Virus record (IMG/VR): IMGVR_UViG_3300050821_002228
Length of the DNA stretch: 64,000 nucleotides
From: a virus
Strand: one strand, 5' to 3'
Shown here: one piece after another, positions 52,713 to 61,358 of the stretch
Layout of the letters: the number at the start of each line of letters is the position of its first letter
How positions within the stretch are numbered: the stretch's first letter is position 1
Notes under the pieces: generated by a model
Database searches by the model: none
Seen by the model: the letters and a program-made list of their open reading frames with translations, nothing else
Told to the model about the DNA's origin: nothing
Position numbers and translations under genes: made by a program

Positions 52713-53494
52713 TACCGGGCAACGGGCTCGTCGAACACCGACGTGGACGGCACTAGCTGGGCCAGCAGATTATCCGGGTCGGCTTTGAAGTCCCACGCCG
52801 CCTCGGTCTCCCAGTGGTGCCGGGGTTCCGGCCATGACAGGGTGCGGCTGCCGTCGCCGTTGTCGGTGACCGTCCCCTGCCGGGGTGTCCACTCAACATG
52901 CCGGACCTGTTGGCCACGCTGGACTTGCGGCGGGTAGTCGTCGAAGTTGGTTCCGGCGTCGGCCATCATCTGTTTCATTCCGGTGATGTTGACGCCGTGC
53001 AGTTGTTGGTGGCTGAACATGGAGCGGGCGGCCATGGACACGGCGTTCCGTTTCGCGTCCTTCTGCCGCCACACAAAGTAGTTGACGGTTTCCACGGCGT
53101 CGGGCATGACGAACGCGCGGGCGTCGAACATGGGCCGGTCGCGGCGGTGCCAGGCGAGTTGGGTGGTGGCGACCGACGCGGCCACCGAGACAATCTTTTG
53201 GAGGCCGCCGCCGAACCACGGTTCGGTGTTCAGGCCGGGGTAGTCGCACACCAACAGGCTGATCTCGTCAGACTGGTGGTACGCGAACACGGCCCCGTCA
53301 ATGTCCTGGCACATGGCCGTGGCGACGGCGGACATCTGCTCGACAAACTCCATGTCGAACGGCTTCTCGGCGGCGCGGAGGTACCGGTGGAATCCCCGGC
53401 CGTCCACGCGGATGATCAGCGGGAGGCGCCGGGGGAACCGGTGTTGCCACACCTGTTCGTACTGTTTCATCCGGTCGCCTAGCGAGTCCTGCAT
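52697..53494 (-). CDS. thg1: tRNA(His) guanylyltransferase Thg1-like 3'-5' polymerase
   Basis: RMKQYE, RVDGRGFH, QSDEISL, QKIVS, FDARAF and WRQKDA.RN motifs. Confidence 0.92.
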   Translation of the reverse strand: MQDSLGDRMKQYEQVWQHRFPRRLPLIIRVDGRGFHRYLRAAEKPFDMEFVEQMSAVATAMCQDIDGAVFAYHQSDEISLLVCDYPGLNTEPWFGGGLQKIVSVAASVATTQLAWHRRDRPMFDARAFVMPDAVETVNYFVWRQKDAKRNAVSMAARSMFSHQQLHGVNITGMKQMMADAGTNFDDYPPQVQRGQQVRHVEWTPRQGTVTDNGDGSRTLSWPEPRHHWETEAAWDFKADPDNLLAQLVPSTSVFDEPVARYWIKS

Positions 53495-54120
53495 TACTCG
53501 ACCGCCGACGTACGGTCTTCGTCGGTGAACGAGTAGGAGCCGCCCTTGGACCCACGGGTGACGAGCCCGGACAGGGTCGTGAACGCGGAGCGGGTGTTGC
53601 CGGTGTCGTAGGTCATGGACCCGTCGCGGCTGATGCCGTAGGACGCGGCGACGGTGATGGCGTCCTGGTTGGCGCCGAGGTAGATGAACGTCCACCCCTT
53701 TGCGGTGCGCTTCTCGATCTTCTCCTTGATCGTTTCGGCGTTGAACTCCTTCGACGAGTTCTCGTGGCCGTCGGTGACGATGACCACGATGACGTCCGGC
53801 CGCTGGTCCTTCGCCACCGGCTTCCACTTGGCCTTGACGGCGTTGATGGTGCGTCCGATGGCGTCGAGGAGCGCGGTGCCGCCGCGCGGCGTCAGCTCGT
53901 ACAGCGGGACGTCGGCGATGTCCACGTTCTCGTACACCGGCTCGTACTCGGTGTCGAACTGGTACAGGGACGCAATGGTTCCGGTCGGGAACTCGTGGAA
54001 CTGGTCGGCGAGGAAGCCCTGGAGGCCCTGTTCGGTGTCCCGGCGGCATGACGCCATGGACCCGGAACGGTCCATGATGATCACGATGTGGCGGTTGACG
54101 GTCATCATGCTGTCGGGCAT
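53494..54120 (-). CDS. von Willebrand factor A domain protein
   Basis: MIDAS DRSGSM, PRGGTALLDAIG, VTDGHENSS. Confidence 0.9.
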   Translation of the reverse strand: MPDSMMTVNRHIVIIMDRSGSMASCRRDTEQGLQGFLADQFHEFPTGTIASLYQFDTEYEPVYENVDIADVPLYELTPRGGTALLDAIGRTINAVKAKWKPVAKDQRPDVIVVIVTDGHENSSKEFNAETIKEKIEKRTAKGWTFIYLGANQDAITVAASYGISRDGSMTYDTGNTRSAFTTLSGLVTRGSKGGSYSFTDEDRTSAVE

Positions 54121-54488
54121 GTTTCCTCCGGCTCTGGTTCACACAGCGTGCAGTACCACCCCTTGCAGACGGGGCAGTCTCCTAGCGGGACGTCTGCCGG
54201 GTGTGGGCAGTGTCCCCATTCGTGGCAGCGGGGTCCGAAGTGGCAGTGTTGGCCGCCGGGGCACCAGGGGCCCCATTCGGCCTGCATTTGCTCACATGCT
54301 TCGGTCCGCACCGGACCACGTCGGTATCGTACTGCAATCATGCCCATGAATGGAAATTGAATCTCCACCACATCGTTGCAGAATTCATCCCCGTGTTCAA
54401 AGAAGGAAATGCGGGGAATCCACGGCCGTGTTTGCTTCCACGGCGGCCGATACCAAGCACGATTACCGAAAGTCACCTGTGACAACAC
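54105..54488 (-). CDS. Cys/His-rich hypothetical protein
   Basis: Multiple C/H clusters in the C-terminal half. Confidence 0.45.
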   Translation of the reverse strand: MLSQVTFGNRAWYRPPWKQTRPWIPRISFFEHGDEFCNDVVEIQFPFMGMIAVRYRRGPVRTEACEQMQAEWGPWCPGGQHCHFGPRCHEWGHCPHPADVPLGDCPVCKGWYCTLCEPEPEETCPTA

Positions 54489-54841
54489 CCGGGATGCTCC
54501 ATCTTGTTGTTGCAGTCCTGCACATCACACCGCACAAAATGATGCGACGCCGCCGCCCGCTCATACCTCTGACCACACGCCGGACACGGACCCACCTTCG
54601 CCCGACGAAACCGCACCCCCGCAGGGGCGGCAACCCACGCCGTGAACTCGTACACGTACCGGTCGCCCTCCTGCTGAACCCCCGCAGGGACGTACACCGG
54701 CCGGTACATGGCCATCCTGTCCGCCTGCGGGTCCCATTCGCTGTGCCCCGTCGGCGGCTGCACATCCGGGACAGTCCGCGTCTGCCCGTCGAACGGACCC
54801 CCGGTCAGGCACAGGGCAAAGGGTTTACGGAGCGGCGGCAT
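54473..54841 (-). CDS. Hypothetical protein
   Basis: LTGGPFDGQ motif; CPAC. Confidence 0.5.
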   Translation of the reverse strand: MPPLRKPFALCLTGGPFDGQTRTVPDVQPPTGHSEWDPQADRMAMYRPVYVPAGVQQEGDRYVYEFTAWVAAPAGVRFRRAKVGPCPACGQRYERAAASHHFVRCDVQDCNNKMEHPGCCHR

Positions 54842-55572
54842 CAGAACCCTCCCAAATACCGGATCTTGTCCCGGACTGCGTCGGCGTCCTTTTCGATCGG
54901 GTCATACACCGCCGACGACAGCCCAGCCATCAACGCGTCAAACGCCCGCAGCGCGTCCGTAGCGGGCGGCGGCGGCACCAGGTCATCACAGACCATCCGG
55001 TCGTGTCCGTACGTCGTAGCGACGTTGTGGGCCATGCGGACGAACGCCGTTTCGAAGGTGGGGCCGCCGGTGTCCAACGCGTAGTCGTGGAACGTGACCT
55101 CCCCCACCGGATGGTCACCGTGCCGGGTGCCCGGCCACGGGTATTTGCCGCCCTCGATCCACACCTCGTCCATCGTGTTCAGGTGTTCGTCATCTTCGAT
55201 ACGGAGCGTTAGGGGGCTGACGCGGACGGCGTACAGACTGAAGCAGCGGCCCACGCCGCCGCTATCCTCCAAATACCGTTCGTGCAACCGCTGATCCCCG
55301 GCGAACGGCGCAAACATCCAGAACGCCGGGTGGGAGTCGAGGTACTGCCAGGCGTTGACGTAGTTGTGGGGGTCGGCCTCGTACCGGGCCACGATCTTCT
55401 CCCACTGGGCAATACGGTCCGTCTGCGCGGTAGACCACAGGAACACGTCGTCAGCGTCGATCACGGACGGCTGGCTGCCCTTGATGTCCCAGATGACATC
55501 CCGCATGTCCCCGTCGCAGGGGACGTCGGGGAGTTGCATCGGCCGGTACCTGATCAGTCGTGCCGGATCCAT
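54841..55572 (-). CDS. Hypothetical protein, paralog of 55784..56236
   Basis: WEKIVARYEADPHNYVNAWQYLDSHPAFW. Confidence 0.6.
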   Translation of the reverse strand: MDPARLIRYRPMQLPDVPCDGDMRDVIWDIKGSQPSVIDADDVFLWSTAQTDRIAQWEKIVARYEADPHNYVNAWQYLDSHPAFWMFAPFAGDQRLHERYLEDSGGVGRCFSLYAVRVSPLTLRIEDDEHLNTMDEVWIEGGKYPWPGTRHGDHPVGEVTFHDYALDTGGPTFETAFVRMAHNVATTYGHDRMVCDDLVPPPPATDALRAFDALMAGLSSAVYDPIEKDADAVRDKIRYLGGF

Positions 55573-55796
55573 CGCACACCCTCCACAACGAAATCGTCAG
55601 GATTCTTGTCGTACTTGCACGCCATGTAGTCGATAGCCCACGTCCGGACCTTCGACTTTTGTGGGGCCATCGTCACCCCGTGCCCGAGGATCTCAACCTC
55701 GTACGCGCGATGAACCCAATACGGCACCCCGAACACGCGGTGGACGCACCAATACGGCCACGCCCAAACCCTGATCCCGGTAGTCACCCGTACCAC
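55554..55796 (-). CDS. Hypothetical protein
   Basis: Fills the gap between coupled genes. Confidence 0.4.
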   Translation of the reverse strand: MVRVTTGIRVWAWPYWCVHRVFGVPYWVHRAYEVEILGHGVTMAPQKSKVRTWAIDYMACKYDKNPDDFVVEGVRWIRHD

Positions 55797-56236
55797 CGCT
55801 CATTGTCGCCGGTGATGTACTGCCGGTCGTTGCCGTACCGCTCGTGAACAATCCCGGCGCAGGCCACCACCGTCGAGGCGTGGTCTTTCCCTTCAAGGCT
55901 GAACCCAATGTCGTAGTTGTCGGGGTCGGTGGCCCACAACAGCGGGATCACATCCAACACGACAGTGGTGGCGTCGCCGTCACGCTCCAGGTTCAACTCC
56001 AAACATTCGGGCCGGTTCCATGCGGAGCTGAAGTCCAACACGGGCACGACGGTGCCGCCGGACTTGGTGACCTGCGTCCCCCAGAACAGCGGGTGGTGGC
56101 CGAGGTACAGCCACGCCGTATACAGGTCAGCCGGGTTGTCCTCGAAGTCACGGACGATCTGTTCCCATTCGGCCTTGGCCGCGTCAAACTGCGGGAACGC
56201 GTCGAGCGCGGGCCACCCAATCGGAATCTTGTTCAC
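55784..56236 (-). CDS. Hypothetical protein, paralog of 54841..55572
   Basis: WEQIVRDFEDNPADLYTAWLYLGHHPLFW; GTGA overlap start. Confidence 0.6.
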   Translation of the reverse strand: MNKIPIGWPALDAFPQFDAAKAEWEQIVRDFEDNPADLYTAWLYLGHHPLFWGTQVTKSGGTVVPVLDFSSAWNRPECLELNLERDGDATTVVLDVIPLLWATDPDNYDIGFSLEGKDHASTVVACAGIVHERYGNDRQYITGDNERWYG

Positions 56237-56775
56237 GTTTTCCACCATCCACGTTCGAAATGCAGGGTCAGGACAGCGGCGACGGTCCCGGCGCCGGTGG
56301 CAGGCAACGCAACCCACCATGGCAGCCCAAACGACGTCGCCGACGTCCAAATGATGAGGTTCCAGCCAGACAGCGCGACCATCCGCCACGCCTGCCACCG
56401 CCGCCGCGCCTTCGCAGTAATCGCGACGACCGACACCGGCTCCTCAGCCTCCGCCGTCAACAGGTTGCCAATAGCCATGTCCATGGACGACGTGTCCATG
56501 TCGTCGCTGACACCGACGCGGGGCATGCTGAAGTTCAGGACCAGCGCGCCAGCCTGCCCGGCCCATATATCAGCGTGCGGCATGTCGGTGTCCCGGAACA
56601 CCAGGGCGCCGTCAGCGCCGTACAGCTCGCCGGTGGTCGTTCCGGCCGGGACGTTGTGGGTGGCGACACACGCCACCACGAACCGCAGGACACCGTGTTG
56701 CAGCTCGACACGCTCCACCGGCCAGCGGTGCCCGGCGAAGTTCCACCAGCCGACGGCGGATGTCTTGTCACGCAC
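56233..56775 (-). CDS. Membrane protein with two C-terminal TM helices
   Basis: Hydrophobic C-terminus; overlap-coupled. Confidence 0.5.
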   Translation of the reverse strand: MRDKTSAVGWWNFAGHRWPVERVELQHGVLRFVVACVATHNVPAGTTTGELYGADGALVFRDTDMPHADIWAGQAGALVLNFSMPRVGVSDDMDTSSMDMAIGNLLTAEAEEPVSVVAITAKARRRWQAWRMVALSGWNLIIWTSATSFGLPWWVALPATGAGTVAAVLTLHFERGWWKT

Positions 56776-57214
56776 GGCGTCTTCCCTTCAATTGGAGAAC
56801 GAGCGTGCCGTTCCGGAATGCCTCGCCGACCAGGTGTGTACGGTTGACGGTTTTAGTTTTCTCCAGCATGCGACGCACGTGGGTCTTGACGGTGTCCTCG
56901 GCCACGCCGAGACGGACAGCGATTTCCTCGTTTTCCAGACCGGTCGCTATCAACAGGAGAACCTGCATTTGCCGCCGGGTCAGCGGGAACGGCGACGGCG
57001 CCAAATCCGGTTTGAACACGCCACGCTTATACATCAGCGTCACCGCGTATGTGATTCCCAGGTTCTTTGAACCGAGTTTCTTGGTGAGGCGGGCGCGGTG
57101 GGTACGGACGGTCGCGAATGCCAGCCCCGTGTTCTCGGCGGTTTCCCCGATGCCCATTCCGAGGGCCGCGTATTCGATGATCTGGATTTCGCGGGCAGTC
57201 AGTTCCGGATTCAT
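56768..57214 (-). CDS. Tandem two-domain LuxR/GerE HTH protein with no sensor domain
   Basis: LTAREIQII...TVRTH and LTRRQMQVL..IATGLENEEIA..L..AEDTVKTH. Confidence 0.88.
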   Translation of the reverse strand: MNPELTAREIQIIEYAALGMGIGETAENTGLAFATVRTHRARLTKKLGSKNLGITYAVTLMYKRGVFKPDLAPSPFPLTRRQMQVLLLIATGLENEEIAVRLGVAEDTVKTHVRRMLEKTKTVNRTHLVGEAFRNGTLVLQLKGRRRA

Positions 57215-58122
57215 TATGGCTTCCTACGGAGAACGAGGTTGCCGGTCTGGAACGACTGGTTAACCAGGTGGGCCCGGTTCTTAGCCCGCAGCGTCCGGCA
57301 CGTCACCGCCACGCACGTCTTCACCGACGACTCGGTCTCGCCGACACGGGCGGCGGTAGACGCGACCGTGTGGCCCCTGGCGATGTGTTCGATGATGTGG
57401 ATGGTGCGGCGGTCCAGCAGCGGCGTGGGCGGCCCTACGCGGTTGACGGTGAGGTACCCGTATTTGTAGGCGGCGGCGACGGCGTGGGCGGTGGTGCGGG
57501 TGTCGAACTTGGCGTTGATGTCGGAGATGACGCGCATGACCTTGCCGTGGGACATGTTCATCTCGGCGCCGATTTGGTCCCGGGCCTTCCCCGACGCCAC
57601 AGCCCGGATAACCGCGTACTCGATGTTCGTCAACTGGTTCATGTGCGGCTGCGGTTGGGGGGCTAGGGGCGTACCGTCGGGGGTGTACGGCATCAGCCGG
57701 GACATGTACGCCAGGTAGGTGAGGTGGGTGCGGTTGCGGGCCGCCCACAGCTTCAGCAGCGACCCGATTTTGCATTTGACGCTGTGTAGGCTGCGGCCGA
57801 GGTCTTCGGCGATTTCCTCGTTTCGCATGCCCTTTGACACCTTCTCCAGCACGTCCATGCCGTAGGCGTCCATGACGGGGACCACGCACGGGTCCTCGGA
57901 TAGGGGTTGCAGGATCCCCATCTCGAAGGCTTTCACCACCAACGCCGCGTCGTTGTCGTTGGGGACGTCTAGCGCGCGGCCCAGCCGGGTCCGGTGTGTT
58001 TTGACGGTGTTTATGGAGATGAACAGTTTGTTTGCAATCTCCTGTTTCGTCATTCCCTCGCCGGTCATGCACATGATCTGCAAGAGCCGCAGCGACATTG
58101 GTGGTGAGGCCTTCTTGGACAC
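57214..58122 (-). CDS. Four-domain LuxR/GerE HTH protein with no sensor domain
   Basis: Four ~70-aa units, each with a G....IA..L..S..TVK-like HTH and a terminal A(F/Y)..G.L helix. Confidence 0.85.
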   Translation of the reverse strand: MSKKASPPMSLRLLQIMCMTGEGMTKQEIANKLFISINTVKTHRTRLGRALDVPNDNDAALVVKAFEMGILQPLSEDPCVVPVMDAYGMDVLEKVSKGMRNEEIAEDLGRSLHSVKCKIGSLLKLWAARNRTHLTYLAYMSRLMPYTPDGTPLAPQPQPHMNQLTNIEYAVIRAVASGKARDQIGAEMNMSHGKVMRVISDINAKFDTRTTAHAVAAAYKYGYLTVNRVGPPTPLLDRRTIHIIEHIARGHTVASTAARVGETESSVKTCVAVTCRTLRAKNRAHLVNQSFQTGNLVLRRKP

Positions 58123-58126
58123 GTGC

Positions 58127-58552
58127 CTAGTCCTTGGTCAGGGTCTTTATGTTGTTGGCGACGAACGCGACCTCACCGGCGATGTCGATGGGGCTGTTGC
58201 TCACGTTCAACAAATCGTCGTAGTGGTTGTCCATGGCGTTCATGGCGCGTCGGGCCTTCTCCAGCACGGCGCGGCCCGCGTCGGTGATGGTGAGGGGGTT
58301 GACGCGGCCCATGCCGCGCTCGTGGCCGTTCGCGATGTACCCGGACGCGATCAGGTTGGCGATGCCGGTCCACCCGGTCTGGGGGGTGATGCCGCACGCC
58401 TTCGCGGCGCCGGTGCCGTGGATGTTGGGGTACCGGTCGATGGCGTCCAACAGCGTGTACTGGCAGAACGTCAGGCCGAGGGGGGCCAGCGTCTCGCCGA
58501 CGCGGCGGTTGGCGTCCAGCGCCAACGTGCGCAACGCAACCGTGATGTTCAT
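58127..58552 (-). CDS. MarR-family regulator
   Basis: LGLTFCQYTLL...LIASGYI...ITDAGR. Confidence 0.8.
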   Translation of the reverse strand: MNITVALRTLALDANRRVGETLAPLGLTFCQYTLLDAIDRYPNIHGTGAAKACGITPQTGWTGIANLIASGYIANGHERGMGRVNPLTITDAGRAVLEKARRAMNAMDNHYDDLLNVSNSPIDIAGEVAFVANNIKTLTKD

Positions 58553-58576
58553 GTTTTCCTCCGGTGGTGGTGCTGG

Positions 58577-58996
58577 TCAGGCGTGGATGTCGTACCAGTC
58601 GAGGAGTTTGGTGTGGGCGTCGGCGAGCCCGGTGATGGTGTCGGGGTTGATGAACCGGCGCAAGTGCTGTTCGGCGGCAGCCATGGCGCGGGTGCATTTG
58701 TCGAGGACTGTCAAGCCCTGTTGGGTGATCAGCAGGGGTTTGGCGACGCCCCGGCCCTCCTCGCGGATGATGTAGCCGCGTCCGCGCAGGGTGGCGACGG
58801 CGTGCATGACGCTGGCCTCGGCGGACCACATGTGACGGGCGACGCTGCTGGCGTGTATCGGGCCGTAGTCGCCGATGACGGACAGGGCCGTGTACTGCAT
58901 GGCGTTGAGTCCGTATTCGCCGACGGTGGCGGCGCACACGGCTTCGGCTTCGCGGGCCACGTTGCGCAGGTTGTGGTACAGGGTGAGTTGGGTCAC
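58577..58996 (-). CDS. MarR-family regulator
   Basis: YGLNAMQYTAL...LRGRGYIIR...ITQQG; CCGGAGG RBS. Confidence 0.8.
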   Translation of the reverse strand: MTQLTLYHNLRNVAREAEAVCAATVGEYGLNAMQYTALSVIGDYGPIHASSVARHMWSAEASVMHAVATLRGRGYIIREEGRGVAKPLLITQQGLTVLDKCTRAMAAAEQHLRRFINPDTITGLADAHTKLLDWYDIHA

Positions 58997-59027
58997 GGGT
59001 TTCCCTCCGGTCGTGATGTCGTTCCGA

Positions 59028-59038
59028 TACGATACCAC
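59028..59038 (-). promoter_or_regulatory. Extended -10 motif GTGGTATCGTA driving the MarR/LuxR block
   Basis: Identical to the 34526 motif; followed by TCGGAAC as in promoter copies 1 and 2. Confidence 0.6.
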
Positions 59039-59064
59039 GATCACGCATGAATACGTAATAGGGG

Positions 59065-59397
59065 TTAGTCCGCGTCCGCGCAACGCTCGTACCACACCCG
59101 GCCACACTGGGCGCATTCCCGCTCCAGGAACTCGGTATCGCCCTCCTTCATGTATTTGATATTGACCTGGCATGATTCGCATTTGGAGCAGAACGTTTTC
59201 GCGCCGCTGTACTTCGGCAGATACGAACGCACCCGGAACGCCGCATCCAACGCGTTCCGGATGTTCCTCCCCAACTGCTCCTCGCCATTGCGGGCATGAT
59301 GCGCGGCAATCTGCAACGCCACATGCCGGAAATGCTCAGGATCGCCCTTCGCCCACGCGGTCACCAGAATCATCGCCTGACCGCCGTCCGAGATCAC
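59065..59397 (-). CDS. Small protein: helical domain resembling the N-terminus of IetA-type AAA ATPases, plus a Zn ribbon
   Basis: KGDPEHFRHVALQIAAHHARNGEEQLGRNIR followed by CSKC and CAQC. Confidence 0.5.
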   Translation of the reverse strand: MISDGGQAMILVTAWAKGDPEHFRHVALQIAAHHARNGEEQLGRNIRNALDAAFRVRSYLPKYSGAKTFCSKCESCQVNIKYMKEGDTEFLERECAQCGRVWYERCADAD

Positions 59398-59740
59398 TCA
59401 CCGTCTCCTTCGGCTCGTAACACCGTTCATCCCATTCCCAATCGCACACGCCGCACCGGCGGTGCATCCGTTCCTGCCCGTACACGAACCGGCCGCCGGG
59501 CGACCCCCAGTGGTTGCAGCACGCGTTGGCAGCCATGTACGTCGTGTTGGCGCGGGTGCCGTTGCATTTGACGCAGCGGGGCCGGTCGGCGCTGAACGGC
59601 GGCAGTATCACACCGTCCAGGGGCGTGACGCGGGTCAGGACAACAGGTTTAGGATCTTCCCTCACGGCCGGTTCGTCGGCCGGGCCGGGTCCCTTCCTGC
59701 GGAACATTCGAATCCTCCGGGATGTCGAACAACGCCACAT
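59336..59740 (-). CDS. Zn-finger hypothetical protein
   Basis: CVKC and ERMHRRCGVCDWEW. Confidence 0.5.
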   Translation of the reverse strand: MWRCSTSRRIRMFRRKGPGPADEPAVREDPKPVVLTRVTPLDGVILPPFSADRPRCVKCNGTRANTTYMAANACCNHWGSPGGRFVYGQERMHRRCGVCDWEWDERCYEPKETVSDLGRRSGDDSGDRVGEGRS

Positions 59741-60077
59741 TGTCCTCGGCGACAGCGGCGGCGCGGGTCCGCGCGGCCTGCGCGCGGTGTTCGTCCTTGT
59801 CGTAGTTGAGGTGGCAGCGCTGACACATGGCCTTCAGGTTGTCTTCAGCACAGTCCTCGGGGGTGTGGTTCAGGTGCGCCACCGTCAACACCACCACAGA
59901 CCCGGTGAACGGGTGTGGGTGGCCGTGGACGGCGTCGCAGCGCCCCCGGGTGTGTGGGTTCGCCCCGCATTCCCCACGGCATTCACAGCGGCTGTCCGCC
60001 CGCTGAAAGCGGATACGGGCGGACAGCAACTCCCAATCAGTGGGGTATCGGCGGCGGTTCTCCGGTCGGATCGGCAC
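59649..60077 (-). CDS. HNH-like endonuclease
   Basis: RYPTDW, RCEC and VLTVAHLNHTPEDC..DNLKAMCQRCH. Confidence 0.8.
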   Translation of the reverse strand: MPIRPENRRRYPTDWELLSARIRFQRADSRCECRGECGANPHTRGRCDAVHGHPHPFTGSVVVLTVAHLNHTPEDCAEDNLKAMCQRCHLNYDKDEHRAQAARTRAAAVAEDNVALFDIPEDSNVPQEGTRPGRRTGREGRS

Positions 60078-60440
60078 CTACTGATTCTCGACCAGCGCCG
60101 CCACGACGTCTAGGAGCTTGTCCACCCGCTCCCGTTCCGCCGCGTATTCGTCGTGCCGGTCGGCGGCCGGTCCTGAAAGGTTGAACGGTTCCAGTTTGGC
60201 GCCGTCGCGTTTCATCACCCACCCCAGTAACGTCTGAATCAGCGGGTGGATCGTGTTGTCCGGCAGCGTAAACGACACGTCGCCACCGCCGGGGGACGAC
60301 ACCGGCACCCACCCCCACGTGTGCCCGTTGGTGTCCATCCGCAGCATCGTCTTCGACCCCCACTCGGGATGGGTGTCGAACACGGACACGTGGACCGAAC
60401 CACCCGCCTTGTGCGGCTTGATCTCGATTTGGATCGTCAT
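60078..60440 (-). CDS. Hypothetical protein
   Basis: Overlap-coupled 120-aa ORF. Confidence 0.5.
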   Translation of the reverse strand: MTIQIEIKPHKAGGSVHVSVFDTHPEWGSKTMLRMDTNGHTWGWVPVSSPGGGDVSFTLPDNTIHPLIQTLLGWVMKRDGAKLEPFNLSGPAADRHDEYAAERERVDKLLDVVAALVENQ

Positions 60441-60697
60441 TCGCGGGCCTTGGCCAACCGCCGGTCCAACTCGGCGTCCGCCGCCGTGTCCTCCGAACGG
60501 TTCGCGTAGCGCCCGGCGTTGGAGATCGCGGTCATCGCGGCAGCCAGCTGCGAAACGATCTCCCGGACCGCTTCGTCCTGCTGCCCGATCGATTCGTTGA
60601 CGCCGTGGGCGTGGTTGAACGCGGCCATGGTCGCCGTATGCGCGGCGTCGATGAGCGGCAGCATCTTCCCGGCCGGGCTGTACGTGCGGTCAGTCAT
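60437..60697 (-). CDS. Hypothetical helical protein
   Basis: ATG at 60697, just downstream of the previous gene's stop. Confidence 0.45.
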   Translation of the reverse strand: MTDRTYSPAGKMLPLIDAAHTATMAAFNHAHGVNESIGQQDEAVREIVSQLAAAMTAISNAGRYANRSEDTAADAELDRRLAKARE

Positions 60698-61358
60698 GTG
60701 AATACTCCTCGATCTCAAACTCGCCGCCGGTGGTGTCGCGGGTCCAGGTGATCCGGGCGTGGTCACCGAACTGCGCCAGGAGGACGTTCTCGAACTCGCC
60801 GCCCTCGATCGCCTGCGACAGTTCCCGGGCGATGGTCCACTTCTCGTACCGGTCGCCCTTGTACACGGCGTCGTCACGCCAGCCGTCCATGCCGCCCAAC
60901 GACGGGTGTTTCCCGTAGTGGTTGACCTCGTACTTGTAGTCGTCCTCGCCGTCGTCGTCATCGTCGGTGGACACGGCCCGTTCCGCTGCCTCGTCGATGC
61001 GGTCGGTGATGTGGATCTGTTGCCAGTCGTTGTCGGAGAACACCCCGGCGTCTAGGAGGGCGCGGACGTGGTCCGTCAGCTTCTCCCGGACCTCGTCGAT
61101 CGTCTGCGTCTTGTTCGCGGCCACGTCGTCGCGGGTTTTCACCCAGAACGTGTGAACCCCGAACTCGCACACGTCGCCGTCGTTGAAGTACGGGGTGTAC
61201 TGCGTCCAGCCGAACGCGACGAAGTACGGGTCGTCCAACACCCGCTGCATAATCGGCGCCAGATCCTCCACGGTCTTCTGCGGGGTGTGGCGGCGGGCGT
61301 CGTTGGGTTCGCCGGTGACCGGCACCCCTAGGAAGCTGAGGCGTGTCTGTTCGGTCAT
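60690..61358 (-). CDS. Conserved phage protein (WTQYTPYFNDGD motif)
   Basis: Recalled as a frequent neighbour of DUF6915 genes; CCGGAGG RBS. Confidence 0.6.
   Translation of the reverse strand: MTEQTRLSFLGVPVTGEPNDARRHTPQKTVEDLAPIMQRVLDDPYFVAFGWTQYTPYFNDGDVCEFGVHTFWVKTRDDVAANKTQTIDEVREKLTDHVRALLDAGVFSDNDWQQIHITDRIDEAAERAVSTDDDDDGEDDYKYEVNHYGKHPSLGGMDGWRDDAVYKGDRYEKWTIARELSQAIEGGEFENVLLAQFGDHARITWTRDTTGGEFEIEEYSHD

Noticed and set aside
54323-54331. Plus-strand copy of GGTATCGTA
   Set aside because: It lies inside a coding region with no downstream plus-strand gene; likely chance.
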